A stretch of DNA of 58,878 nt from Candidatus Eiseniibacteriota bacterium (GTDB lineage Bacteria; Eisenbacteria; RBG-16-71-46; DASYSL01). The notes beneath the pieces are model-generated. The model searched no databases, was not told where the DNA came from, and worked only from the letters and a program-made list of their open reading frames with translations. The stretch is taken from NCBI GenBank assembly GCA_031431875.1, contig JANPEF010000094.1, forward strand, positions 1-58,878. Reading direction: 5' to 3'. Shown here in pieces: positions 1 through 8,742 of this stretch (position 1 is its first letter; each line of letters begins with the position of its first letter). The position numbers and the translations under genes were made by a program.

Positions 1-1530
1 ATGAACCTCCATCCCGACCAGATCCGCTCGATCGTCGACCAGGTGACGCGCGAACTCGAGTCCCGCACCCCGGGCGTCGAGTCCGCAACCGTCGATGCGG
101 CGCACCGCGCCCACGAGACCGCCGACGCCGCGCGCCGCGCGCTGCTGACCACCGCGGCACCGTTGCCCGATCCGACCAAGCGCGCCAACGAGGGCGCGCG
201 TTCGCCGCGCGGCGTGCACGCCAACCTCGATCACGCCGTCGCCGCCGCCGACCGCGCGCACCGGGCACTGGTCGCCTGGCCGGTGGCGATGCGCACCCGC
301 GCGATCGAGCACGTGCGGGCCAAGCTGCGCGCCAACGTGCGCCTGCTCGCCGAGCTCGCGGTGAGCGAGACGGGCCTCGGCCGCGTCGACGACAAGATCA
401 AGAAGAACGCGCTGGTGATCGACAAGACGCCCGGGATCGAGGACCTGCGCCCCGAGGTGATCACCGGCGATCATGGCCTCACGCTGACCGAGCACGCGCC
501 GTATGGCGTGATCGGCGCGGCCGGCCCGTCGACCAACCCGTCGGAGACGGTGATCAACAACGGGATCGGCATGCTCGCCGGTGGCAACACCGTGGTCTTC
601 GCTGCGCACCCCTCGGCCAAGCGTACGAGCCAGCTCGCCGTCTCGCTGATCAACGAGGCGTTCGTCGAGGCCGGCGGCCCGGACGACGTGATCACCACCG
701 TCGCCGAACCGACGATCGAGTCGGCGCAGGCGATGATGGCCCACGCGAAGACGCGCCTCCTGGTCGTCACCGGCGGGCCGGGCGTGGTGCAAGCCGCCAT
801 GGCCTCGAAGAAGAAGGTCATCGCCGGTGGCCCCGGCAACCCACCCGTCGTCGTCGACGAGACCGCCGACCTGGCACGCGCGGGTGCGGACATCGTGGCC
901 GGAGCGTCGCTCGACAACAACGTGATCTGCACCGACGAGAAGGAAGTGTTCGTCGTCGACCAGGCCGCCGATACCCTGCTGCGGGCCATGGCCGCGAGCG
1001 GCGCCTACGTGCTCGAGGCGTGGCGGCTGCCGCAGCTCGAGAAGCTGATCCTGAGCGAGAACCGCGGTCGCCGGCACCATGCCGTGACCAACAAGAAGTT
1101 CGTGGGCAAGGACGCCGCCGTGATCCTGGGGGAGCTGGGAATCGTGGTGGGGCCCGAGATCCGGCTCATCGTCGTCGAGACGCCGCCCGATCATCCGTTC
1201 GTGTGGACCGAGCTGCTCATGCCCGTCCTGCCCGTGGCCCGCGTGGCCAGCGCCGAGGAGGGCATGGACTGGTCGGTGCTCGCCGAGCACGGCTTCCGCC
1301 ACACGGCGAGCATCCACTCGCGCAACGTCGACCGGCTGTCGCGCATGGCGCGCATGATGGACTGCTCGATCTTCGTCAAGAACGGCCCGCACTTCGCCGG
1401 CCTCGGGATGGGTGGCGAGGGCCCGACCAGCTTCACCATCGCCAGCCCGACCGGCGAGGGCATGACCACCGCACGCTCGTTCACGCGCCGGCGCCGCTGC
1501 TCGCTGGTCGACCTGTTCCGCATCGTCTGA
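1..1530 (+). CDS. CoA-acylating aldehyde dehydrogenase, EutE/PduP (microcompartment) family
   Basis: PSTNP, VVTGGPGVV, GGPGNPPVVVDETAD, DNNVICTDEKE (catalytic Cys), ELLMP and C-terminal PTGEG...FTRRRRC motifs; N-terminal amphipathic helix plus linker. Confidence 0.9.
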   Translation: MNLHPDQIRSIVDQVTRELESRTPGVESATVDAAHRAHETADAARRALLTTAAPLPDPTKRANEGARSPRGVHANLDHAVAAADRAHRALVAWPVAMRTRAIEHVRAKLRANVRLLAELAVSETGLGRVDDKIKKNALVIDKTPGIEDLRPEVITGDHGLTLTEHAPYGVIGAAGPSTNPSETVINNGIGMLAGGNTVVFAAHPSAKRTSQLAVSLINEAFVEAGGPDDVITTVAEPTIESAQAMMAHAKTRLLVVTGGPGVVQAAMASKKKVIAGGPGNPPVVVDETADLARAGADIVAGASLDNNVICTDEKEVFVVDQAADTLLRAMAASGAYVLEAWRLPQLEKLILSENRGRRHHAVTNKKFVGKDAAVILGELGIVVGPEIRLIVVETPPDHPFVWTELLMPVLPVARVASAEEGMDWSVLAEHGFRHTASIHSRNVDRLSRMARMMDCSIFVKNGPHFAGLGMGGEGPTSFTIASPTGEGMTTARSFTRRRRCSLVDLFRIV

Positions 1531-1565
1531 GTTCCGTCCTCGCCCGCCGCCCGAAAGGAGCCCTC

Positions 1566-2180
1566 GTGCGCCCGTTGCACCGCTCGTCGTCCGCCTCGTT
1601 CCTCGCCGTCGCCACTCTCGTGGCGCTGGCGCTCGCCGCGTTCGCGTCCCGACCCGGCCGCGCCGCCGACGATGCGCCCTTGTCGCTGTCGATGACGAAG
1701 GGCAGCGAGCTGACGAAGCAGGAGGACAAACAGGTTCGCGCGACGCTCACGCACTACCTGGGCGCGCTGCAGAAGCGCGACTGGCGAACGGCCGCGCAGG
1801 ACCTCGACCGCGAGTCGTTCCTCGCCGGTGTCGACCCGCTGATCGCCTCGATCTCGTCGGACTCGACGACGCGTCCGGCGGCGCTCCGCAAGGTGTTCGG
1901 CGTGAGCACGGATGACTCGTTGAAGGCCACGTCGACCGAGGACCTGTTCGCCTCGATGATGAACTACGTGATCGAACTCGATCCCGGCGGGGCGGCGATC
2001 ATGACGCGCGCGAAGTTCGCCCTGCTCGGCGCGCGCCGCCTGCAGGACAGGGTCCACATCGCCTACCAGTTGACCCTGCCCGCCGAGAGCGACAGCGTGC
2101 AACCCTACACCAGCATCACCGCCGAACAATTGAAGAAGGTCGGGAAGGACTGGAAGATCGTGTTCCGCATGGGAAGCTAG
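1566..2180 (+). CDS. secreted hypothetical protein (possibly NTF2-like fold)
   Basis: GAAAGGAG RBS then GTG at 1566, in the frame of ORF 1020..2180; signal peptide ending ...RPGRA-A; C-terminal LKKVGKDWKI strand pattern. Confidence 0.65.
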   Translation: MRPLHRSSSASFLAVATLVALALAAFASRPGRAADDAPLSLSMTKGSELTKQEDKQVRATLTHYLGALQKRDWRTAAQDLDRESFLAGVDPLIASISSDSTTRPAALRKVFGVSTDDSLKATSTEDLFASMMNYVIELDPGGAAIMTRAKFALLGARRLQDRVHIAYQLTLPAESDSVQPYTSITAEQLKKVGKDWKIVFRMGS

Positions 2181-2193
2181 GGGAGGCACCACG

Positions 2194-2940
2194 ATGAGCG
2201 TGAACCACAAGGACGCCTGCCCGTGCGGCAGCGGCAAGCGCTACAAGCATTGTCATCTCGGGGTCGACCAGGCGCGCCGCAGCAAGACGTCGCTGGCCGG
2301 GATCCTCGTGATCGGCGCGATCGTCATCGGCGCCGCCGCGTTCGGCGCCATGAACCAGTGGCAACTCGGGAAGAAGAACGCCGACCTCGCCGGGGCCGAC
2401 TCGGGCCTTGTCCCGCCGGGCGGCCGGACCGGCGGTGCGACGACCGGCGGCGACGTCTCGGGCACGCCCGCTCCGACGGGCGGCAACGCGTTCGGCATCG
2501 TGCAGCCGGGCGCGACGGGTCGGCCGCCGATCCCCCAGTCGAATGCCGGCGCGGTGATTCCGATCGGGAACAGCGGCGCCCTGGCGCCGGGCGAGCATCC
2601 GACGCCGTGGGAATATGACGTGGCAAAGAATCGCCACTACGACCCTCGTCCCGGGCACCAGCACTGGCACAACGGCCCACCGCCGGCCGACACGACGCAG
2701 GCCGTCGTGGTCGCGCCGCGGCAGATCAAGCTCGACGAGAAGGGGAACGTGATCAGCGAGACGGCGTCGCGGGTCGCGGGCTCCACGATGACGGTGGGGA
2801 GCGCGCAGCTGGCACCGGGGGAGAAGCCCCAAGCATGGCAGTACGACAAGGCGAAGAACCAGTATTACGATCCGACCGTGGGACACCAGCACTGGCACTC
2901 GGGCCCGGCGCCGGCCGGCAAGGTGGTCGGGGTGCCCTGA
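2194..2940 (+). CDS. SEC-C motif membrane protein with two His/Trp-rich repeats
   Basis: GGGAGG RBS; CPCGSGKRYKHCH motif; one TM helix; two copies of LAPGE..W.YD.AKN..YDP..GHQHWH.GP. Confidence 0.8.
   Translation: MSVNHKDACPCGSGKRYKHCHLGVDQARRSKTSLAGILVIGAIVIGAAAFGAMNQWQLGKKNADLAGADSGLVPPGGRTGGATTGGDVSGTPAPTGGNAFGIVQPGATGRPPIPQSNAGAVIPIGNSGALAPGEHPTPWEYDVAKNRHYDPRPGHQHWHNGPPPADTTQAVVVAPRQIKLDEKGNVISETASRVAGSTMTVGSAQLAPGEKPQAWQYDKAKNQYYDPTVGHQHWHSGPAPAGKVVGVP
2581..2916 (+). repeat. two 36-aa intragenic repeats (2581-2688 and 2809-2916)
   Basis: LAPGEHPTPWEYDVAKNRHYDPRPGHQHWHNGPPPA vs LAPGEKPQAWQYDKAKNQYYDPTVGHQHWHSGPAPA. Confidence 0.85.
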
Positions 2941-3033
2941 GGGGCTACCGGCACTGCGCCGGAAGCCATGACCGGAGAATGGTTTGCGCCCGCTCCGCCT
3001 GCCTGCACAATTAACCGGCCACAACCCATGGCA

Positions 3034-3062
3034 TTGACACCTTTCCAGCCCCCGAATAGGCT
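3034..3062 (+). promoter_or_regulatory. sigma70-type promoter of the spt operon
   Basis: TTGACA (3034-3039), 17-nt spacer, TAGGCT (3057-3062). Confidence 0.75.
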
Positions 3063-3181
3063 GCCGGGGTCCGCTTCGGTCCCACCTGCAAACGGGGATG
3101 CGCCCCCGGGGACCGGTCGCAGATTCCAAGGAGGCTGACCCCGCGCCGTGGGGCCGGGCCTCCGTTTTCGTAAAGGGTGCC

Positions 3182-4390
3182 ATGAAGGCCGTGGAGACCA
3201 AGCGGACGGACCTGTTCGCCAAGACGCGTTCGTTCGTCCGGGCGAAGGAACTCAAGGCCGCGGGCTTCTACCCGTACTTCATCCCGATCGAGGGCTCGGA
3301 AGACACCGAGGTCATGATCGAGGGCAAGCAGCTGATCATGGTCGGCTCGAACAACTACCTCGGGCTCACCCACCATCCCAGGGTGCTCGAGGCCGCCGAG
3401 GCCGCGTCGCGGCGCTATGGCACGGGCTGCACCGGCAGCCGCTTCCTCAACGGCACGCTCGACCTGCACGAGAAGCTCGAGGCCGACCTCGCCGCCTACA
3501 CGGGCTACGAGGCTGCGCTCGTCTTCTCGACCGGCTACCAGACCAACCTGGGCATCATCCAGAGCCTGGTCGGTCGCGACGACACCGTGCTGGTCGACAA
3601 GCTCGACCACGCCTCGATCCTCGACGGTTGCCAGATGTCGCAGGGCGAGACGGTGCGCTTCCGCCACAACGACACGGCGGACCTCGACCAGGAACTCGAG
3701 CACCTGTCGGGCAAGAAGGGCGGCGCGCTGATCGCCGTCGACGGCGTGTTCTCGATGGAGGGGGATATCGCACCGTTGCCGGCCCTGATCGCGGTGGCGA
3801 AGAAGCACGGCGCGCGGCTGTTCGTCGACGAGGCGCACTCGCTCGGCGTGATCGGGCCGTCCGGCGCGGGTGCCGTCGATCACTTCGGCGTGCAGAAGGA
3901 CGTCGACCTGATCATGGGTACCTTCAGCAAGTCGTTCGCCTCGATCGGCGGCTTCGTCGCCTCCGAGAGCGACGTGATCCACTACCTCAAGCACCATGCG
4001 CGCTCGCTCATGTTCTCGGCGGCGATGCCGCCGTATGCGGTGGCCACGGTGCAGGCGGCGCTGCAGATCATCAAGGACGAGCCCGAGCGGCGCGTCAACC
4101 TGATCAAGAACGCCGACTACCTGCGCAGTGGTCTGCAGTCGCTCGGGTTCGACACGGCGACCAGCGAGACGCCGATCATCCCGGTGATCATCGGCGACTT
4201 CATGAAGACCTTCCAGTTCTGGCGGGGGCTGTATGACAACGGCGTGTTCGCCAACTGCGTCGTCGCCCCGGCCGTGCCGCCCAACGCCTGTCGCATCCGC
4301 ACGTCGTTGATCGCCACGCACACGACCGAGCAGCTGGACCGCGTGATCGACGTCTTCGCGAAGGTGGGCAAGCAGTTCGGGGTCGTCTGA
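3182..4390 (+). CDS. spt: serine palmitoyltransferase (alpha-oxoamine synthase family, PLP)
   Basis: GSNNYLGL, GTGCTGSRFLNGT, DHASI, DEAHS, GTFSKSF (PLP Lys); N-terminal YPYF; adjacent bCerS-like gene; ATG 3182 chosen because of the AAAGGG RBS. Confidence 0.8.
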   Translation: MKAVETKRTDLFAKTRSFVRAKELKAAGFYPYFIPIEGSEDTEVMIEGKQLIMVGSNNYLGLTHHPRVLEAAEAASRRYGTGCTGSRFLNGTLDLHEKLEADLAAYTGYEAALVFSTGYQTNLGIIQSLVGRDDTVLVDKLDHASILDGCQMSQGETVRFRHNDTADLDQELEHLSGKKGGALIAVDGVFSMEGDIAPLPALIAVAKKHGARLFVDEAHSLGVIGPSGAGAVDHFGVQKDVDLIMGTFSKSFASIGGFVASESDVIHYLKHHARSLMFSAAMPPYAVATVQAALQIIKDEPERRVNLIKNADYLRSGLQSLGFDTATSETPIIPVIIGDFMKTFQFWRGLYDNGVFANCVVAPAVPPNACRIRTSLIATHTTEQLDRVIDVFAKVGKQFGVV

Positions 4391-5517
4391 GCGCGATCGA
4401 GATCCGCACCGTTCAGGGCGCGGCCGACTTCACCCGCTTCGTCGAGTTGCCCTACCGCCTGTACGGTGACGACCGCATGTGGGTCCCCCAGCTCAAGAGC
4501 GACGTCCGCGGCATGTTCGACCGTCTCAGGAACCCGTTCTTCGCCCACGCCGAGATCGAATCCTTTCTCGCCCTCGCCGGGGATCGCGTGGTCGGGCGCA
4601 TCGTCGCGATCGACAACCGCGCGCACAACGAGTTCCACGGCGACCAGGTCGGCTTCTTCGGCTTCTTCGAGTGCGAGGACGATCCGGCGGCCGCGACGGC
4701 GCTGTTCGACGCCGCCGCGGCGTGGCTCGCCGCTCGCGGCAAGGACGTGCTGCGCGGGCCGATGAACTTCTCCACCAACGACGATTGCGGCTCGCTGATC
4801 GAGGGCTTCAACACGCCGCCGGCGATCATGATGCCGCACAATCCCGCGTACCACGCGCGGCTCTACGCCGCCGGTGGGTTCGCCAAGGCGAAGGACATCG
4901 TCGCCTACTGGTACGAGGGGGACACGCTTCCCGAGCGCGTCACGCGCGGGGTCGAACTGGTGCGCAAGCGCAAGGGCGTGACGGTGCGCCCGCTCGACAT
5001 GAAGCGCTTCGAGCAGGAAGTGGGCCTCATCCGCACGATCTACAACGACGCGTGGGAGCGGAACTGGGGCTTCGTGCCCATGACCGAGGCCGAGATCGAC
5101 CACATGGCGGAGCAATTGAAGCCGGTGGTCGAGCCCGGGCTCATCGTCTTCGCCGAGATCCGCGGCGAGCCGGTCGGCTTCGGCCTTGGCCTGCCGGACT
5201 TCAACCTTGCACTGAAGCATGCCAACGGCGAGCTGTTCCCCTTCGGCTTCCTGTCGATCCTGTGGCACAAGCGGAAGATCCGCCAGGCGCGCATCCTCAC
5301 GCTGGGCGTGCGCTCCGGCTATCGCGCCTCGGGCATCGACGCGCTGCTCATCTCCGAGCTGTTCGGCCGTTGCGTCGCCATGGGGATCTTCAAGGGCGAG
5401 TTCTCATGGATCCTGGAGGACAACCTCGCGATGCGCCGGCCGCTCGAGAACATCGGGGCCCGGGTGTACAAGACGTACCGTGTCTACGACCGGCCGCTCG
5501 TCGGCGCGGGCGCATGA
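4387..5517 (+). CDS. GNAT-fold acyltransferase, bacterial ceramide synthase (bCerS/YghO-like)
   Basis: LY.DD.MWVP, NPFF, GRI.A, FGFFE, GPMNF, NWGF, SWILEDN, KTYRVY; family-like N-terminus extends upstream of TTG 4447 to a CTG at 4387 that overlaps the spt stop. Confidence 0.75.
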   Translation: MSAIEIRTVQGAADFTRFVELPYRLYGDDRMWVPQLKSDVRGMFDRLRNPFFAHAEIESFLALAGDRVVGRIVAIDNRAHNEFHGDQVGFFGFFECEDDPAAATALFDAAAAWLAARGKDVLRGPMNFSTNDDCGSLIEGFNTPPAIMMPHNPAYHARLYAAGGFAKAKDIVAYWYEGDTLPERVTRGVELVRKRKGVTVRPLDMKRFEQEVGLIRTIYNDAWERNWGFVPMTEAEIDHMAEQLKPVVEPGLIVFAEIRGEPVGFGLGLPDFNLALKHANGELFPFGFLSILWHKRKIRQARILTLGVRSGYRASGIDALLISELFGRCVAMGIFKGEFSWILEDNLAMRRPLENIGARVYKTYRVYDRPLVGAGA

Positions 5518-5521
5518 GCGG

Positions 5522-6520
5522 ATGAGCCGCGACGTCCTGGTCACCGGCGGGGCCGGCTTCGTCGGCAGCCACGTGGTCGACGCGCTCCTCGTCCGCGGGG
5601 AGCGCGTTCGCGTTCTGGTGCGCGCGACGACGGACCGTCGCTTCCTGCCCGCCGATCGCGTGACGTTCGTCCCGGGTGACGTGGGCGACGAGTCCGCGGC
5701 GGGCGAAGCCGAGCTCGAGCGCGCGAGCGCCGGCGCGCGCCTCGTCATCCACGCGGCCGGGGTCACGCAGGCGCGGCACCGCGACGACTTCGCGCGGGTG
5801 AACTCGCGCGGTACGGAGCGCATGACGCGGGCGGCGCGGTCTGCCGGCGTGGCGCGCATCGTGCTCGTGTCGTCGCAGGCCGCCGCCGGGCCCACGCCGG
5901 GCTCGTCGCCCCGCGTGGAGGGCGATCCCGACGCGCCCCTCGGCGCCAACGGGGCGAGCAAGCGCGCGGCCGAACACGCCGCGCGCGCGACCCTGTCGGG
6001 TGGGGCGACGGAGCTGGTCATCGTCCGGCCTCCGGCCGTTTATGGGCCGCGCGACCGGGCATTCCTCGCGCTGTACCACCTGGTGAACCGCGGAATCGTG
6101 CCGCTCCACCGGCCCGAGCGACAGTGGGTGAGCCTGGTCCACGCGCGCGACCTGGCGGTGGCGTTGGCGCTCGCGGGGGAGCGCGGTCGGCCCGATTCGA
6201 CGTACTATGTGACGGACGGTGTGCCCCGGACGTCGGCCTCGATCGTCGACGCGATCGCCTCGTCCCTTGGCAAACGGCCGTGGCGGCTCGACCTGCCGGC
6301 GGCGATGCTGGGGCTTGCGGTCGGTGCGGCCGAGGTATTCGCGGCCGCGACGGGCCGGCCGTCGCAGCTCACCCGCGAGCGGCTGGCCGACTGGACCGCC
6401 CCGCGCTGGACCGTGTCGGACGAGGCGGCGCGGCGCGACCTGGGGTACGCCCCGACGATCGGCTTCAAGCCCGGCATCGAGGAGACAACCGCGTGGTATC
6501 GGAGCACCGGGTGGATCTGA
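5522..6520 (+). CDS. extended SDR / NAD-dependent epimerase-dehydratase (candidate 3-oxo-ceramide or keto-sphinganine reductase)
   Basis: TGGAGFVG Rossmann motif, HAAG, VSSQAA, RPPAVYGPRD; YxxxK reads NGASK. Confidence 0.8.
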   Translation: MSRDVLVTGGAGFVGSHVVDALLVRGERVRVLVRATTDRRFLPADRVTFVPGDVGDESAAGEAELERASAGARLVIHAAGVTQARHRDDFARVNSRGTERMTRAARSAGVARIVLVSSQAAAGPTPGSSPRVEGDPDAPLGANGASKRAAEHAARATLSGGATELVIVRPPAVYGPRDRAFLALYHLVNRGIVPLHRPERQWVSLVHARDLAVALALAGERGRPDSTYYVTDGVPRTSASIVDAIASSLGKRPWRLDLPAAMLGLAVGAAEVFAAATGRPSQLTRERLADWTAPRWTVSDEAARRDLGYAPTIGFKPGIEETTAWYRSTGWI

Positions 6521-7527
6521 AGGTGATCGAAGGCACCGGCCCGCGTCCGGGCAGCGGGCCGCCGCGGCCGCGCTGGGGCGGGCCGGCGCCGGAGCGTCTG
6601 CATTCGGGCGAGAGCGGCCTGCGTCCGGTCGACGTGCTGATCCTCGGCTACGTTCTGCTCACCGGGCTGCTCATCCTTGGCGCGACGAAGAACCTGCCAA
6701 TGTGGCCGCTGCATCTGGCCGTGCGGCTGGTCGCCGTCGTCGCGATCCTGCGCCTGGTGCCGCGGCGGCCGCGCAACCCGGTGCTCGCGTTCCTGCGCGA
6801 CTGGTACCCGATCGCCACGTTCATCCCGCTCTACATCGAGCTGTCGTCGCTGACGCGCCTGTTCACCACGCAGCACTACGACGAGCTCCTCGTCACGTGG
6901 GAGTCCGCGTTGTTCGGCGGGCAGCCGAGCCAGTCGTGGCACGTTCTCTATCCGTCGCTGGTCCTGTCGGAGTACCTGCACTTCTCGTACTTCTACTACT
7001 ACTTCGTGCCGACGACGCTGTGCCTGTGGCTGTACGCGCGCGGCGAGCGCGCCCGCTTCTCCCGCGCACTGACGGCGATCCTGGGCTCGTTCCTGGCCTG
7101 CTGCCTGATCTACCTCATCTTCCCCGTGGTCGGGCCGTTCCATCACTTCGGGCACGCGCCGGCCGCGTCGTGGGGCGGGTTCTTCGCTCCGCTGGTGCAC
7201 GGCATCGTCGAGCGCGGATCGTCGCCGGGGACCGCGTTTCCCTCGTCGCACACGGCCGTCTCGGTCGTCACGTGGCTGGTGGCGTGGCGGCTGTGCCGCC
7301 CGGCGTTCTTCGTGCTCACCGCGATCGTGCCCGCGCTGGCGCTGGCCACCATCTACGGCGGGTTCCACTACGCACTCGACACGCTCGCCGGCGCGGCGCT
7401 GGGGGCCGGGATGGCGTTCCTCGCGCCGGGCATCCACGGCCGGCTGACCCGGCTCGTTTTGCGAAAAAAGGCCCAAGAATCGCGCCTTCCTTTCGCTTCC
7501 CAGGGGCCGGGTGACCCACTAAGATAG
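6511..7527 (+). CDS. PAP2-superfamily membrane protein, Aur1/Ipt1 (PAP2_3)-like phosphotransferase or phosphatase
   Basis: Multiple TM helices; FPVVGP, AFPSSH and YGGFHYALD motifs; no KxxxxxxRP motif; GGAG before GTG 6511 (start uncertain). Confidence 0.75.
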   Translation: MDLKVIEGTGPRPGSGPPRPRWGGPAPERLHSGESGLRPVDVLILGYVLLTGLLILGATKNLPMWPLHLAVRLVAVVAILRLVPRRPRNPVLAFLRDWYPIATFIPLYIELSSLTRLFTTQHYDELLVTWESALFGGQPSQSWHVLYPSLVLSEYLHFSYFYYYFVPTTLCLWLYARGERARFSRALTAILGSFLACCLIYLIFPVVGPFHHFGHAPAASWGGFFAPLVHGIVERGSSPGTAFPSSHTAVSVVTWLVAWRLCRPAFFVLTAIVPALALATIYGGFHYALDTLAGAALGAGMAFLAPGIHGRLTRLVLRKKAQESRLPFASQGPGDPLR

Positions 7528-7592
7528 CGCCGTTCCATTGCCCCGCGGGCGCACACGATGACCTGCGCCCCGTTGTTCCAGGGAGGATCTCC

Positions 7593-8717
7593 ATGAGCAG
7601 CTTCGTCGCCCCAAGGAACGTCGCCATCCCCGTCGAGCGCACCGCCGTCTCCGGCGAGCGGCTGTGGCTGCACAGCAAGCGTTGGGATCTCACGTTCCTC
7701 GTCGGCAGCGCGGTGCTGGGCGCGATCCCGCTCCTGATGCTGCATGTGTTCAACGTCCCGGTCTCGGCGATCAACCTGATCGTCTCGGGAATCGTGGGGG
7801 GTCCACACCTGTACTCGACGTTCGGCTACACCCTGGCCGACCGTTCGTACCGCAAGCGCTACGGCCTGATCCTGCTGCCGATCCTGTTCATCCCGGTCGG
7901 CGTGATCTACCTCGCGCTCAACAACCTGAACCTGCTCATCACGGTGTTCTTCTTCTGGGCCTCGGTGCACGTGCTGCACCAGATCGCCTACATCAACGAC
8001 GCTTACCGGTTCAAGGATCCGCGGCCGCGCACCATCTGGAATCGCGCCATCGACTACGGCGTGATCTTCAGCGCGCTGTACGCCGCCTCGAGCTCGCGCC
8101 TGGTCACCGGCGGCTTTGTCGTCGGCGGCGGCACGAATCCGCGCGAAATCATGATCCCCGAGTTTGCCAAGGGCGCCATGTGGATCCCGACCATGGCGAC
8201 GGCCGGCTTCCTGATCCTGCTCGCGCTGTATGTGGCGAAGACCGTGCGCGAGCACAAGGAAGGGCGGCTCAACCTGCCGTCGGTCGCGATCATCGGCACC
8301 TCGGTCGTGATGTCGCTGGCGATCCCGCAGTTCCCCAACATCGACATCGCGTTCCAAGGCTACAACACGTGGCACTCGTTCCAGTACCTGGCGCTCGTCT
8401 GGTACATCAACAAGCTGCGGCTGGAGCGGGGCGAGATCCACGGACCGGTCATGCGCGCGGTATCCGGCCCGGCCAACACGTGGAAGTTCTACGGCCTTTT
8501 CCTGGGCGCCACGGTGATCGCGTTCGCCACCTCGCTGGTGTTGCAGTACGGCTTCGGCTGGCCGCGCGACGCAGCGTACTACGGCGTCGTGCTGGGCACA
8601 CTGCTGGTGCACTACTACCTCGACGGGCTCAACTTCTTCTCGTGGGGCCGCCTGATCGGCGGCGAGCCGGGCTCGAGCGAACTGGCCGCGATGACGCGGC
8701 AACAAGGCGCTGCCTGA
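7593..8717 (+). CDS. polytopic membrane protein with four His motifs (putative metalloenzyme)
   Basis: GGAGGA RBS; about 9-10 hydrophobic segments; GPHLYST, VHVLHQ, WHSFQY, VHYYLD. Confidence 0.75.
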   Translation: MSSFVAPRNVAIPVERTAVSGERLWLHSKRWDLTFLVGSAVLGAIPLLMLHVFNVPVSAINLIVSGIVGGPHLYSTFGYTLADRSYRKRYGLILLPILFIPVGVIYLALNNLNLLITVFFFWASVHVLHQIAYINDAYRFKDPRPRTIWNRAIDYGVIFSALYAASSSRLVTGGFVVGGGTNPREIMIPEFAKGAMWIPTMATAGFLILLALYVAKTVREHKEGRLNLPSVAIIGTSVVMSLAIPQFPNIDIAFQGYNTWHSFQYLALVWYINKLRLERGEIHGPVMRAVSGPANTWKFYGLFLGATVIAFATSLVLQYGFGWPRDAAYYGVVLGTLLVHYYLDGLNFFSWGRLIGGEPGSSELAAMTRQQGAA

Positions 8718-8742
8718 GTTCGAGCCGAAGGCGAGAAAAGAG

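Noticed and set aside
2194..2265. secA fragment
   Set aside because: Only the short SEC-C motif is present, at the N-terminus of an unrelated membrane protein.
3182..4390. BioF or Kbl assignment
   Set aside because: There are no bio or tdh genes nearby; the GCTGSRFLNGT motif and the adjacent bCerS-like gene favour Spt.
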